DNA of 64,000 nt from Leptospiraceae bacterium (GTDB taxonomy: Bacteria > Spirochaetota > Leptospiria > Leptospirales > Leptonemataceae). The position numbers and the translations under genes are program-made. The stretch spans positions 553,669-617,668 of the forward strand of contig JAVJNR010000005.1 in the NCBI GenBank assembly GCA_040217195.1, written 5' to 3'. Positions 10,155-19,869 of this stretch are shown here, in pieces. Within the stretch, counting starts at the first letter, position 1. Each line of letters starts with the position of its first letter. Below the pieces are notes generated by a model. It saw only the letters and a program-made list of their open reading frames with translations. It made no database searches and had not been told where the DNA came from.

Positions 10155-10721
10155 ATGATTCGAAACGCTTTATTAATGGCTGCGGCCATAATGCTATCGC
10201 TCACTGTGTCCTGCGAAACAGAAGACAGCGCAATAACTCTGTACGGTGGCGCTCCTTCCGGTTTAGTCATTCGCAGCGAACCGACTACTACAGGCGAAAA
10301 GCTGGGTTTACTAGAATTTGGAGAGCCGGCAGAAGTGGTGGAGCAAAAAGAAGAGTCTCTGACTATTCAGGGAAAAACAGGTAAATGGACCAAAATTCGA
10401 CAGGGATCTGTAGAGGGCTGGGTCTTCGGTGGATTCCTGCTGGCCAATCCCCCGGAACAGAAGAAGGGGCAAAAAGACCTTCCCACCGTCACTTCCCTGC
10501 AATCCGGAGACGTTGGATGCTACGTAGAATTGACCTATCCGGATGGGAAAACGGAAACCTGGCTGGGCTATTTTGATGTATGCGAAGAGTCTATTCTTAA
10601 TAAGAAGATAAAATTTACCATAAAGAAAGGTCAGGTCATGGCAGATTCCTGTATGGGCGACCCGGAATGCCCGGATACAGAGGAAGCGGATTTAATCAGC
10701 ACTGTAACTGTCGTTGAATGA
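10155..10721 (+). CDS. SH3b domain lipoprotein
   Basis: Lipobox LTVSC; GLVIRSEPTTTG...GKWTKIR...EGWVFGGFL SH3b signature. Confidence 0.85.
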   Translation: MIRNALLMAAAIMLSLTVSCETEDSAITLYGGAPSGLVIRSEPTTTGEKLGLLEFGEPAEVVEQKEESLTIQGKTGKWTKIRQGSVEGWVFGGFLLANPPEQKKGQKDLPTVTSLQSGDVGCYVELTYPDGKTETWLGYFDVCEESILNKKIKFTIKKGQVMADSCMGDPECPDTEEADLISTVTVVE

Positions 10722-10892
10722 CCTTTCAAAAATATAATTCAAGAAGATTACAGTCTGGCTTGCCGGGCACTACTCGACAGTGCTCCGGCGCAGGCCTTAC
10801 TTCTGTTCTGTCGAAACCTTTTTCGGTATACTATTTCAGGTTTTCAGAGATTTGAATTCCGCTGGTACAGGAAGTACGAGCTCAGGAAACAA

Positions 10893-11627
10893 TCATAGAG
10901 ATTCCATCATTTTTAGAACAGTCCGCAAAACCTTGATTCTTGCAAATCTCTTATCATTTGCCTCGATCAAATTCCAGGGAGCAAAGTCTGTATCCGTTCT
11001 ATCAAGCATCTCCTGAACAGCCTGCTCATATTCCGGCCACTTCTGCCTGTTTCGCACATCCTCTTCAGTGAACTTCCATTGCTTGAGCGGACTACTGGCA
11101 CGGGCCTGAAACCGATTGGCCTGCTCATCCTGGTCAATGTGCAGCCAGAACTTGGCCAGGTGAGTTCCTGCGCGATGAAGGCTCAGTTCCATGGAATTAA
11201 TCTCATCGTAGGCACGAGACCATTCTCTTGCAGATGCAAACCCTTCCACTCGCTCCACCAGAACTCGTCCATACCAGCTGCGATCAAAAATTGCAAGTCT
11301 GCCAGGCGGGGGCATCTGTCTCCAGAACCGCCATAGATAATGGCGCTTTTTTTCAAAAGGTTCCGGCGCCGCGATGGGTATTACCCGGTAAAGGACCGGA
11401 GGCATGGATGATGTTAGCCGTCGAATAGCTCCTCCTTTTCCACCCGCATCCTTGCCTTCAAAAACCAGAACAACGGATGCTTTCTTTCTATACATTTTCA
11501 AAGCAGCTTTAATAAGATCGGTTTGAAGCTTTTTCAATTCGCGCTTGTATCGGTCCTGAGCTATGCTTTGAGTTAGATCTACGGTTCGTAGATCCTGCTT
11601 TTTGCGAAATTGTATAGATTCTGACAT
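10893..11627 (-). CDS. ppk2: Polyphosphate kinase 2 family protein, intact catalytic domain
   Basis: FEGKDAGGKGG Walker A, IFDRSWYGRVLVERVEG, KFWLHI, APW. Confidence 0.92.
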   Translation of the reverse strand: MSESIQFRKKQDLRTVDLTQSIAQDRYKRELKKLQTDLIKAALKMYRKKASVVLVFEGKDAGGKGGAIRRLTSSMPPVLYRVIPIAAPEPFEKKRHYLWRFWRQMPPPGRLAIFDRSWYGRVLVERVEGFASAREWSRAYDEINSMELSLHRAGTHLAKFWLHIDQDEQANRFQARASSPLKQWKFTEEDVRNRQKWPEYEQAVQEMLDRTDTDFAPWNLIEANDKRFARIKVLRTVLKMMESL

Positions 11628-11654
11628 GAATGATCCCTGTGAGCCCTGGAAGTT

Positions 11655-12413
11655 CTAGCCCTTCCCATCCTTATTTTTCTGCTCTTTTTCCAGTTTTCGC
11701 ATAAGGGCCATGGCCTCATCATAAGAGGCAACAGCCTGACGCGAATCTACGTTTAATGCCTCTTCCATGCGAGCTATGAGATAATCCATCACCAGCCCTC
11801 GCACTTCCTTTCCTTTCCCTTCGGGAGGTGTAAACCAGGGAGCCCGGGCCGAACCGGTTTCCAGTAGAAGTTTATCCATTTCCCTGGTATAATCCTTGTA
11901 TTCATTGAGCAAGTATGTGGATCTTTTTCGCAGCAATGACGTCCTGGCTTTTAACTTCTTCTCCGACTTTAGTTCGGACTCCAATTCCCTGGGATTTCTC
12001 TGGAAGCGAATCTTCAGCACAAGATACTGGTTAGCCTCCAGGCTGGACTCGAAGCGATTGATGTCATCGATCCAGCCCTGCCGTTCTTTTCCGGAGATTT
12101 TTCCTTTAATGGTTCGCCGAACCAGTTCATGGTAATAGGAACCATCGAACATGGCCAGATCCCCGTACCTTGGCAGATGCATCCAATAATGGTGCAGAAA
12201 TGGATCTTTTCTTTCCGGTGCTGTTTCATACCCCGGAAAATGATGAACTTCGAAGTGTCTGGGATCCAGGCAGGAGCTCAACTCATCCACAGTATAAACG
12301 ATTCCAGCCAGGCCGGTACCTTCCAGAATCAGAAATACTCCGATTTGCTGGTTTTGAGCCGCCCGAAATAGCAGGGAGATTCTATCTGTCTTTTCCAGTT
12401 CGGGACTTTTCAC
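11655..12413 (-). CDS. Degenerate PPK2-fold protein
   Basis: LEGTGLAG (eroded Walker A), LDPRHF, YWMHLPRYG, MFDGSYY, APW; GTG start. Confidence 0.75.
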   Translation of the reverse strand: MKSPELEKTDRISLLFRAAQNQQIGVFLILEGTGLAGIVYTVDELSSCLDPRHFEVHHFPGYETAPERKDPFLHHYWMHLPRYGDLAMFDGSYYHELVRRTIKGKISGKERQGWIDDINRFESSLEANQYLVLKIRFQRNPRELESELKSEKKLKARTSLLRKRSTYLLNEYKDYTREMDKLLLETGSARAPWFTPPEGKGKEVRGLVMDYLIARMEEALNVDSRQAVASYDEAMALMRKLEKEQKNKDGKG

Positions 12414-12533
12414 AGGCGCCTGTAATACCCCTGCTCTGTTTTAGCCGCAAGCAATAAAGCGATGGAAAAATGCTTGTAGACCTGACAGCCGGGCAAAAGC
12501 TTTCCTATCGGAATAATAGGATTTTCTTTAAGA

Positions 12534-12827
12534 ATGGGAACCGGGGATAAAAACAGACAGAGAGAGAAGCAGGTGGGCACCGTAAATGGATCCCCAGTGG
12601 TGGAAAAGCATTACCGGAGCCTTTTGAAATCCATTTCCTGGAGAGTCACCGGAACCCTGGATACAATGGTCGTTTCCTACATCATTACAGGCAGTTTTGC
12701 GCTGGCGGCTTCCATCGGATTTTTTGAGGTTTTCACGAAGATGGCCCTCTACTATGCTCATGAACGGATCTGGTCCAGACTCAAGGTAGGGCTGGAAGTG
12801 AAGCAGCCACCAGACTACAGTATCTAA
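12534..12827 (+). CDS. DUF2061 small membrane protein
   Basis: RSLLKSISWRVTGTLDT...TKMALYYAHERIW. Confidence 0.88.
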   Translation: MGTGDKNRQREKQVGTVNGSPVVEKHYRSLLKSISWRVTGTLDTMVVSYIITGSFALAASIGFFEVFTKMALYYAHERIWSRLKVGLEVKQPPDYSI

Positions 12828-12905
12828 CTTTTGGGTCGACGGCATTCGATACGGTTTCCGAAAGCTTTGCATTGACCGCTACTCTGGCGGGAAATCTATA
12901 CCTAC

Positions 12906-13685
12906 ATGGAAAGCGAGGAACGTAAGTCTCCAGGGACGGCTCTTGTTACTGGAGGGGCTATTCGTCTGGGTCGGGCTTTATGCATTGGTTTGGCCAGGAA
13001 TGGTTATAACATTGTTTTACATTACAACAATAGCGAAGGCCCTGCCCGTAGCACAGCTGAGGAAATAGAAAGTCTTGGGGTTCAATGCAGAATCGTGCAG
13101 ATGGATCTTAACAACAACCTTGATTCCGAAAATCTGATCCAACAGGCGCAAAAGCCCTTCGGCAAACTCCAGGTACTTGTAAACAGTGCATCCGTTTACG
13201 ACGGAGGAACGATCGCAGATACCACAGAGGCGATGTTTGATCGCAACATACAGGTGAACTTGAAAGCTCCATTTTTTCTAAGTCGTGCTTTCCAGAATCA
13301 ATGCGGATCCGGCAACATAGTGAACATTCTGGATAATAAGATCTACTTTAATCAGTTCCACTATGCAGCATATTTGCTCTCCAAGAAAATGCTGGCTGAA
13401 TTTACCTATCTGGCGGCCCTGGAGTTTGCTCCCAATATTCGAGTGAATGCAGTAGCACCAGGGGTAGTATTGCCAGCTTCCATTCGCAGCCCCGAGTACG
13501 TTGCCTGGAGACTTGAGGCGATTCCATTAAAAAAGCAAGGCAATACCGAACATATAGTAAAAGCATTGCATTACATCCTGGATAATGATTTTGTTTCCGG
13601 ACAGGTATTGACTGTAGATGGAGCCGAAGGTAGAACTTCCATCGGTCGAAACGCTGAATCTTATCCCGGAGACAATAGCCAATGA
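12906..13685 (+). CDS. Pteridine reductase-like SDR (FolM/PTR1 family)
   Basis: ALVTGGAIRLG, LVNSAS, YLLSK (YxxxK), RVNAVAPG; translationally coupled to folK. Confidence 0.88.
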   Translation: MESEERKSPGTALVTGGAIRLGRALCIGLARNGYNIVLHYNNSEGPARSTAEEIESLGVQCRIVQMDLNNNLDSENLIQQAQKPFGKLQVLVNSASVYDGGTIADTTEAMFDRNIQVNLKAPFFLSRAFQNQCGSGNIVNILDNKIYFNQFHYAAYLLSKKMLAEFTYLAALEFAPNIRVNAVAPGVVLPASIRSPEYVAWRLEAIPLKKQGNTEHIVKALHYILDNDFVSGQVLTVDGAEGRTSIGRNAESYPGDNSQ

Positions 13686-14074
13686 TTACAGCTATCATAG
13701 CCGTAGGTTCCAACATTGATCCGGAAAACAACGTAGAAAAAACTATCGAATTGATGAAGAGGGACTTTCCTTTCGTTTACGCCTCTGATTTCATTAGTAC
13801 AGAACCCGACGGTTATAAAGACCAGGCAGATTTTTTGAATGGCGCAATCTGTATTCGAACCTCTCTGACCAGGGAGCAACTGGAGCACTATTTAAAAAGT
13901 ACAGAAATCAAACTTGGTAGAGTTAAGGGACCTATCAAGTCCGGCCCTCGCACAATCGACCTGGATCTGGCGATCTGGGACGGCAAGGTAGTTCATGATG
14001 ATTATCGTGCAAAAAGCTACACTCAGATACCGGTGGATCAGCTCCTGAAAGAGCTAAACATGACAGTTGAGTAA
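13682..14074 (+). CDS. folK: 2-amino-4-hydroxy-6-hydroxymethyldihydropteridine diphosphokinase
   Basis: IAVGSNI, QADFLNGA, E..LGR, GPRTIDLDL. Confidence 0.93.
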   Translation: MITAIIAVGSNIDPENNVEKTIELMKRDFPFVYASDFISTEPDGYKDQADFLNGAICIRTSLTREQLEHYLKSTEIKLGRVKGPIKSGPRTIDLDLAIWDGKVVHDDYRAKSYTQIPVDQLLKELNMTVE

Positions 14075-14145
14075 TTTTCCTTCTGGCCCATGCGAAAAGA
14101 ACGATCCCTGGACACCTATGAAGATCCCGACCAGAGAATTCTTAA

Positions 14146-14169
14146 GCCGGACCCATAAGATGGGCCGGC
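14146..14169. terminator. Hairpin between convergent folK and a small ORF
   Basis: gccgg-a-cccat aag atggg-ccggc stem-loop; weak U-tracts. Confidence 0.4.
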
Positions 14170-14199
14170 CCATTAAGCAGCAACTGCAAGCAAATTGCA

Positions 14200-14370
14200 T
14201 TATTTTCGCAGACTTTTGAGGTAATCGCAAAACTCCTTATCGTCCGGGTTTTCAGAAAAATGCTGAATCAGGGTATCCAGATTCTTCTGTACATAGTCCT
14301 GTTCATCGGCGCTTAATGCGGCCCTGTCCAGTAATTTGATCACGATTTCCTGCCAGCTAAATTCCGCCAT
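14200..14370 (-). CDS. Small 56-aa hypothetical protein (below the ORF-track cut-off)
   Basis: MAEFSWQEIVIKLLDRAALSADEQDYVQKNLDTLIQHFSENPDDKEFCDYLKSLRK*; GGGGGA RBS 6 nt upstream. Confidence 0.6.
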   Translation of the reverse strand: MAEFSWQEIVIKLLDRAALSADEQDYVQKNLDTLIQHFSENPDDKEFCDYLKSLRK

Positions 14371-14535
14371 CACTGATCCCCCTGAATAAAATGAATTGAG
14401 CGTTCATCGCTGAAAAGAATCTTTTTTGCACTTATAACACTTGCCACAGCTCCCTGGACATTCTTGCCTCTATCGTAGATTATCGATTGACGATGTGTTT
14501 TATTATGCCCACCTTTAAGATTCTCGGATTCAACT

Positions 14536-15948
14536 ATGTTTAGTTCTGAAAAAGAACAAATCCTGATTCAGCATATGGAAGAACTGGCTCGTATGGGAGC
14601 CTATGAGGTGGACCTGGCCAGAATGCGATGGAAGGCTTCCCATAACTTTCTGCGTTTATTTCATTTGCCGACCCAGTCTGAATTTACCTACCAGGATTTG
14701 CTGAATCTGATTCATCCAGACGATCTGGATCGAGTCAGGACGCATTTTGATCAATGCCTGGCCGGAGAAAACGAATATAATATTAGCTACCGTTGTATCA
14801 TAGATGGACAGGAACGGTTTATTCAAACCAGATCACGCATCGAACGGGAAGCCGATGGAACGCCAGTTAGACTTGTAGGGATCAAACGCGATATAACCGA
14901 GGAAAGCCAGCTACAGGCTTTATTCCAGGCTGCACCCAGCGGGATGTTGATGGTGGATCAAAAGAGACGGATCCTTATGGTAAATGCGGAGATCGAGCGA
15001 ATTTTCGGATACGTTGCCAATGAGCTACAGGGAAAGGAAATCGAAGTTCTGCTACCCGAGCGTTATAGAATGGGTCATCCACAACTGGTGGAAATGTACA
15101 TGAACTCTCCAGTGCCCCGAGCCATGGGCGAAGGCAGGGATCTCACGGCACAGAGAAAGGATGGAACGGAAGTTCCAGTAGAGATAGGACTTCATCCAAT
15201 CTTCCTCAACAATCAGCTTTCTGTCATTTGCTCTGTAGTGGATATAACCGAAAGGCAGAAGATTGCAGAAAGGGAAGCCCGGCAAAAGCAGGAATTAAAA
15301 GATTTCGCCTACAGAATTGCCCACGATATTCGCAATCCACTGACAAACCTCAAGGCATTGCTGGAACTTAGCTCGGATGAAGACGGGGCTGCCATTTCGA
15401 ACGAAGAGGCCCGTCAGATGATGTCCGGAATTACCACTGACCTTCTGCAATTCGCCGAGGAAATTATCGGGGCTTCCCTTGCTGCTCCAGGGGAATCAGT
15501 ACTTAAACCATTGAGATTCGATTCCATGAAGGATCGAATCAATCAGCGTTTTAGCTTTCCTTTGCTGGAATGCGAAGGAAGTCTTAACTGGATCGAAGGA
15601 CACTCTACATTGCCGCAGGTGCCTGTTGGATCTATGGAAGAAATAGTCGGAAACCTGGTTTCAAATTCTTTGCGGTATCGTCATCCAGAACGAGCACCGG
15701 CTATTCAGATTCGCACCGGCAATGAGGGGAGTACATTCTGGCTGGCAGTGGAGGACAATGGCCGCGGGATTTCAGCAAAAAACAGGGATCGCATATTCGA
15801 GATGTTCGGTAAACTTCAGGATGAAGAAGGCACGGGTCTGGGATTATATCTCGTCAAGGAAAACCTGAACCGATTGGGAGGCTCCATCGATTTCGAAAGT
15901 AGCGACCAGGGTTCACGTTTCCGGATTTCGTTACCTCTGTTCCAATAA
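14536..15948 (+). CDS. Cytoplasmic PAS-PAS sensor histidine kinase
   Basis: PAS_3 (IHPDDLDRV), FixL-like PAS (LLPERYRMGH...RKDGTEVPVEI), H-box IAHDIRNPL, N/G boxes (VEDNGRGI, GTGLGL). Confidence 0.93.
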   Translation: MFSSEKEQILIQHMEELARMGAYEVDLARMRWKASHNFLRLFHLPTQSEFTYQDLLNLIHPDDLDRVRTHFDQCLAGENEYNISYRCIIDGQERFIQTRSRIEREADGTPVRLVGIKRDITEESQLQALFQAAPSGMLMVDQKRRILMVNAEIERIFGYVANELQGKEIEVLLPERYRMGHPQLVEMYMNSPVPRAMGEGRDLTAQRKDGTEVPVEIGLHPIFLNNQLSVICSVVDITERQKIAEREARQKQELKDFAYRIAHDIRNPLTNLKALLELSSDEDGAAISNEEARQMMSGITTDLLQFAEEIIGASLAAPGESVLKPLRFDSMKDRINQRFSFPLLECEGSLNWIEGHSTLPQVPVGSMEEIVGNLVSNSLRYRHPERAPAIQIRTGNEGSTFWLAVEDNGRGISAKNRDRIFEMFGKLQDEEGTGLGLYLVKENLNRLGGSIDFESSDQGSRFRISLPLFQ

Positions 15949-16003
15949 TCCCTTGCTTTGAACCTCCGAAGTACTGGCCGCTTATACTGATTATCTTGCC
16001 TGT

Positions 16004-16987
16004 CTATCTAGCGCCTCTACCTTTCTGGCTGGCCAGATATACATGTTTTCGAGCACGCATCACATCCCCCAGGGGTCGATGCTCGAATAATGCCTGCCAG
16101 GGGTCGAAGATTGCATTTTCAATGGTTTCCTGAATGGCCTCCAGCTCCTCCCCGGACTGGGCCGGAATGCTCAGCCGGCCCACAGTAACATAAGGTGCCT
16201 GTTTTTCCTTCCAGTCTACGGAAGCGTCTTCAATGGGAGTATGCTTTTCATCGGTAAAGAATTGTAACTGAAGATCCATGTGGATGGGCCCGGCTTTCAG
16301 ACGGTTCCTTATTTCATCACTCAGATCCATTGGTTTGGATGCACCTCTCTTTAGCCCAGGATCTGGAAGTAGACGGACTCGCACTGCATAGGGACCGCAT
16401 GCAATGGGAGCTGCAGAAAAGAACCGTTCGGTAACGAATCCGGAGAATCGGCGATTTACGGAAGCGCCCAGTTTCTTCATTCGCATGAGTCCGCCCAGAA
16501 AGCCATAGGTGGATATCATATGCTTTAGCAACGGTGCCGTTCCCTGAGCAGCCGCCTGGACCATCTGGACGAATTGTTCGCTTTTCGGAGAGGAAAAAGA
16601 AGGCAAATTGATTAACAGAAAATCCTGACAGTCCGTATTAATGCCCAGGGCCCCCGGACCATCCAGCCCGCGTACTTTGATCGCGAATCCACGGACATCA
16701 CCTATATTATCTGGCTGAACATTTAAACTACCATTGGAAAGTCGAATCCAGGCATCATGAAGTCCTGGAAAAGCGAAAAGACCGTGGCGAGCATGCTCGG
16801 GAATATCTCCCAGTACTTCCAGGGTTGCATTGAAGCCCAGAATCTGCTTTCGGTGCAGAGCCCGGCCCGGACCGAATTGCCTGGATTTCAGTTTTTGGAG
16901 TAAACCGAATTGTTTTGAGTATTTCTTAAACCTTTCTTCTTCATCGTCCGCTATTTCTTCTTTCCAGTCTGTTGAGGGTTGTTTCAT
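16004..16987 (-). CDS. Small catalase-like heme protein
   Basis: RALHRK distal His, IRLSNG, DVRGFAIKV, QDFLLIN, proximal RPLGDVMRARKHVY. Confidence 0.85.
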   Translation of the reverse strand: MKQPSTDWKEEIADDEEERFKKYSKQFGLLQKLKSRQFGPGRALHRKQILGFNATLEVLGDIPEHARHGLFAFPGLHDAWIRLSNGSLNVQPDNIGDVRGFAIKVRGLDGPGALGINTDCQDFLLINLPSFSSPKSEQFVQMVQAAAQGTAPLLKHMISTYGFLGGLMRMKKLGASVNRRFSGFVTERFFSAAPIACGPYAVRVRLLPDPGLKRGASKPMDLSDEIRNRLKAGPIHMDLQLQFFTDEKHTPIEDASVDWKEKQAPYVTVGRLSIPAQSGEELEAIQETIENAIFDPWQALFEHRPLGDVMRARKHVYLASQKGRGAR

Positions 16988-17346
16988 CTAATCAGCCGAT
17001 CCGGTGTATATTGTTTCAATTTCTATGTACTGCCTCTGGCCGGAATACTCCGCGAGGCATATCTCGGTCCGAAAGCAGTGACTAACCGTATCCCTGGGTA
17101 CAATCCTGTAAAGTTAAACATGCCCTCTGAAACCAACGTTAATTGCTGCCCTGCAATACCGTCTGCCAAGCCAATAGCCTGTTGCCCGGCAGTTCCTACG
17201 ATCACTCCCATGTTGCGGGACGAACCTTGTGCTTTATTAGCCTGCCGGCCGATACGGTGGTTCTACCCTGCTCGCTGATAGTGACCATTCTTGCAGATTC
17301 GTAAAGAGGAAGAAGAATCCGAATAATCAGATGGAACGGATACCTG

Positions 17347-17745
17347 CTAGTCCGAGCCCCAGGGGACCAGAGGTATGATAAAACCGGCCCAATCCGGAGG
17401 TCCGGCCAGATTTCCTCCTTCGGGAAAAGGATCATGAATGGGTTCAAAGCCAGGTCCAGATGTCTGCGCCACGATGATGTGACGATGACTCCCTCTTGGA
17501 CTTGGACCGGCCACCAGGCAGTAGATTCCGCTGGCAGAAGCAAATTCCAGTTGCCCGGAATGGAGCTTCACTTTGAGAAATGCAAGCCCACGAGGGTGAA
17601 GAAATTCATTAATTGCCACCAGGTAGTCCGGAAAATCAATGAAGTTGGGCACCGATTCCAATTCCAGGTTCAGAAGCGAAGCAATGCAGGCCTGCAATGC
17701 ATTCCCCTTACCGTCCTCCCAGTGAGATTGCCAGACTGGATTCAT
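17347..17745 (-). CDS. Hypothetical protein resembling small phage-associated papain/C39-like proteins
   Basis: GNALQACIASLLNLELESVPNF, GPSPRG, HIIV, IHDPFP; GGAGG RBS. Confidence 0.65.
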   Translation of the reverse strand: MNPVWQSHWEDGKGNALQACIASLLNLELESVPNFIDFPDYLVAINEFLHPRGLAFLKVKLHSGQLEFASASGIYCLVAGPSPRGSHRHIIVAQTSGPGFEPIHDPFPEGGNLAGPPDWAGFIIPLVPWGSD

Positions 17746-17958
17746 ATATTGCCTCCGGAAAACATCAGACCCTGGCTATTCTGGCCCTCTGTTGCCTGGT
17801 CCAGATGAAAATCCTGAACGTGCAGTCCAGGGGCTAATGCCCACAATATGTGTCAAAGAATACGCGATGCGAAAGAAGGCAATTATACCGGGACTTTCAT
17901 ACATCCAATGTTGAGATGCTTTTGTAGACGCAGAAATGCCAGTTTTTACAATTAATCC

Positions 17959-19071
17959 ATGAAGTGGTCCCTATTCGTCGGAAGACCTTTTGGAATTCGG
18001 GTATATCTGCATTGGACCTTTCTCATTCTGCTCGGTTGGGTTGTTGCTTCTCAGCTTGGACAACCTCTGTGGGATTTGATGGGCATCCTGCTTTTCATTG
18101 TAACCCTGTTTCTCTCGGTCCTGCTCCATGAGCTGGGCCATGCTCTGGTAGCGCGAAAATTTAAAGTCCGAACCAGAGATATTATCCTGCTTCCCATCGG
18201 TGGAATGGCCCGGCTTCGCAAAATGCCAGAAGAGCCCAGAGCTGAATTCATGATTGCTCTGGCAGGTCCTGCTGTGAATGCAATCATCGCTATAGCACTA
18301 TACCTTACTCTTGTAGCCCTGGGTAGTATTCCGGCCATTCCGGAAAAACTCACACTTCTAGAAGGGCCCCATGCATTGTTGAAGAATCTGTTCTGGGCCA
18401 ATACTCTTCTGGCTGGCTTCAATTTGATCCCCGCATTTCCCATGGATGGAGGAAGAGTACTGCGCGGACTGCTGGGCTTTCGCATGAGTCATGAGAAGGC
18501 CACCACCATTACAGCAGAGATTGGACAGGCTCTGGGAATTGTATTTGTAATACTTGGATTTATCTACAGTCTGGGGCTTCTATTTGTGGGAATCTTTGTT
18601 TTTCTGGGCGCTTCAGCAGAATCCTCATCGGAACAGATTCGCAGTTCGCTTCGCTCCTATACAGTATCCAACATATTGATCAAACACTTCACGGCTCTTC
18701 GTCCTGAGCAGAGCATTATGGATGCCGTGGAGCAACTTCTGTCTGGACAGGAATCTGAATTTCTTGTTATGGAAGACAAAACGGTAGTGGGCGTACTTAC
18801 GAAAAAAGAGATATTCAACGGTCTGGGCTCCCATGGAAACCAGGTTTCCATAAGGAAAATCATGACCACTCATTTTCCTCATCTTCGCATGGATGCTACG
18901 CTGGAAGATGCGCTGCGCTCTCTACAGGAAAGCAAGGCATCCATTGCGCCGGTTTATCGAGGACGAAAACTGGTAGGCATCCTGGACAGGGAAAACATCG
19001 AAGAATTACTTACACTGAATAAGGCCATGCGTCAATACCTGGACTCTCCAATCAGAGATTCAAACCCATGA
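17959..19071 (+). CDS. Site-2 protease (M50) with CBS domain pair
   Basis: LLHELGH, IALAGPAVN, NLIPAFPMDGGR; C-terminal CBS repeats. Confidence 0.95.
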   Translation: MKWSLFVGRPFGIRVYLHWTFLILLGWVVASQLGQPLWDLMGILLFIVTLFLSVLLHELGHALVARKFKVRTRDIILLPIGGMARLRKMPEEPRAEFMIALAGPAVNAIIAIALYLTLVALGSIPAIPEKLTLLEGPHALLKNLFWANTLLAGFNLIPAFPMDGGRVLRGLLGFRMSHEKATTITAEIGQALGIVFVILGFIYSLGLLFVGIFVFLGASAESSSEQIRSSLRSYTVSNILIKHFTALRPEQSIMDAVEQLLSGQESEFLVMEDKTVVGVLTKKEIFNGLGSHGNQVSIRKIMTTHFPHLRMDATLEDALRSLQESKASIAPVYRGRKLVGILDRENIEELLTLNKAMRQYLDSPIRDSNP

Positions 19072-19349
19072 AAGAATTCGCCAATCCGTCTGGAAACAGG
19101 GCTCCTGGTCAAAGTAAATCTACCTTCTGGATCATTGGCGCTCTTGTTACGCTACTGGCCATTGCGCCTGTGGGGCAGGAACCGCATCTATGGCAAAAGT
19201 TAATACTACTCTGGCATGGCTGGCTTAAGACTCTTCTGGACTGGTTTGACCTGGCTATCCATGGCTTGCCGCTAATTTCTTTTATTGGTTATGCTATCTA
19301 TGGAAAGCTTCGAAAGGAGTCCCGGAATAAAACAAGCACCGACTTTTAA
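19068..19349 (+). CDS. Small conserved membrane protein
   Basis: LAIAP..EPHLWQKL...DWFDLAIHGLP; ATGA overlap with the protease gene. Confidence 0.75.
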   Translation: MKEFANPSGNRAPGQSKSTFWIIGALVTLLAIAPVGQEPHLWQKLILLWHGWLKTLLDWFDLAIHGLPLISFIGYAIYGKLRKESRNKTSTDF

Positions 19350-19869
19350 GTCTGGTCATCGTAGCTACGTCTGTTAGTATACTCCAGGCTAATCTGAGAA
19401 GAACGTCGCCCCAATTGGCCCACCAATCCCGAAACAACGTCTTCCCATCGCTAGAAAAAGGTATAAGAATCCTCCGCCTTTGCGAATCCCGCGGAGGTTG
19501 GCCTGGCTAGACCATAAGGTCCAGTAAATCGGAATAGAGCCGCTGGCTATTGGCCCCATTTAATAGCTGAATCTCCTCATCTGTGAGAGAGGCCCGTGCC
19601 CAGCAATCCAGGGAGATAGTGAAATAGAAGAGATGCATTTTCTTAACCTGTGCCCTATGGCTCTCTGCTTTCGGAGCACACAGAAGGCTACCCGGCAATG
19701 GGAATCCTTGACGGCTCTTTAATCATTGGACGGATAAAATGTGTTTCAGGTAAAAACTTTCCTCCAATGCCGGAGATCTGTTTTACTCCCTGGACCTTAG
19801 AAATAGCGGCCGGAGGGCCGATAATATCCTTCGACGCCTCTAAAGCGAACTCTGAATCAGGAATCGAAA

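Noticed and set aside
19350..19869. Possible small gene or ncRNA in a 520-bp gap
   Set aside because: Only short ORFs without an RBS or recognisable motif, and no convincing RNA structure.
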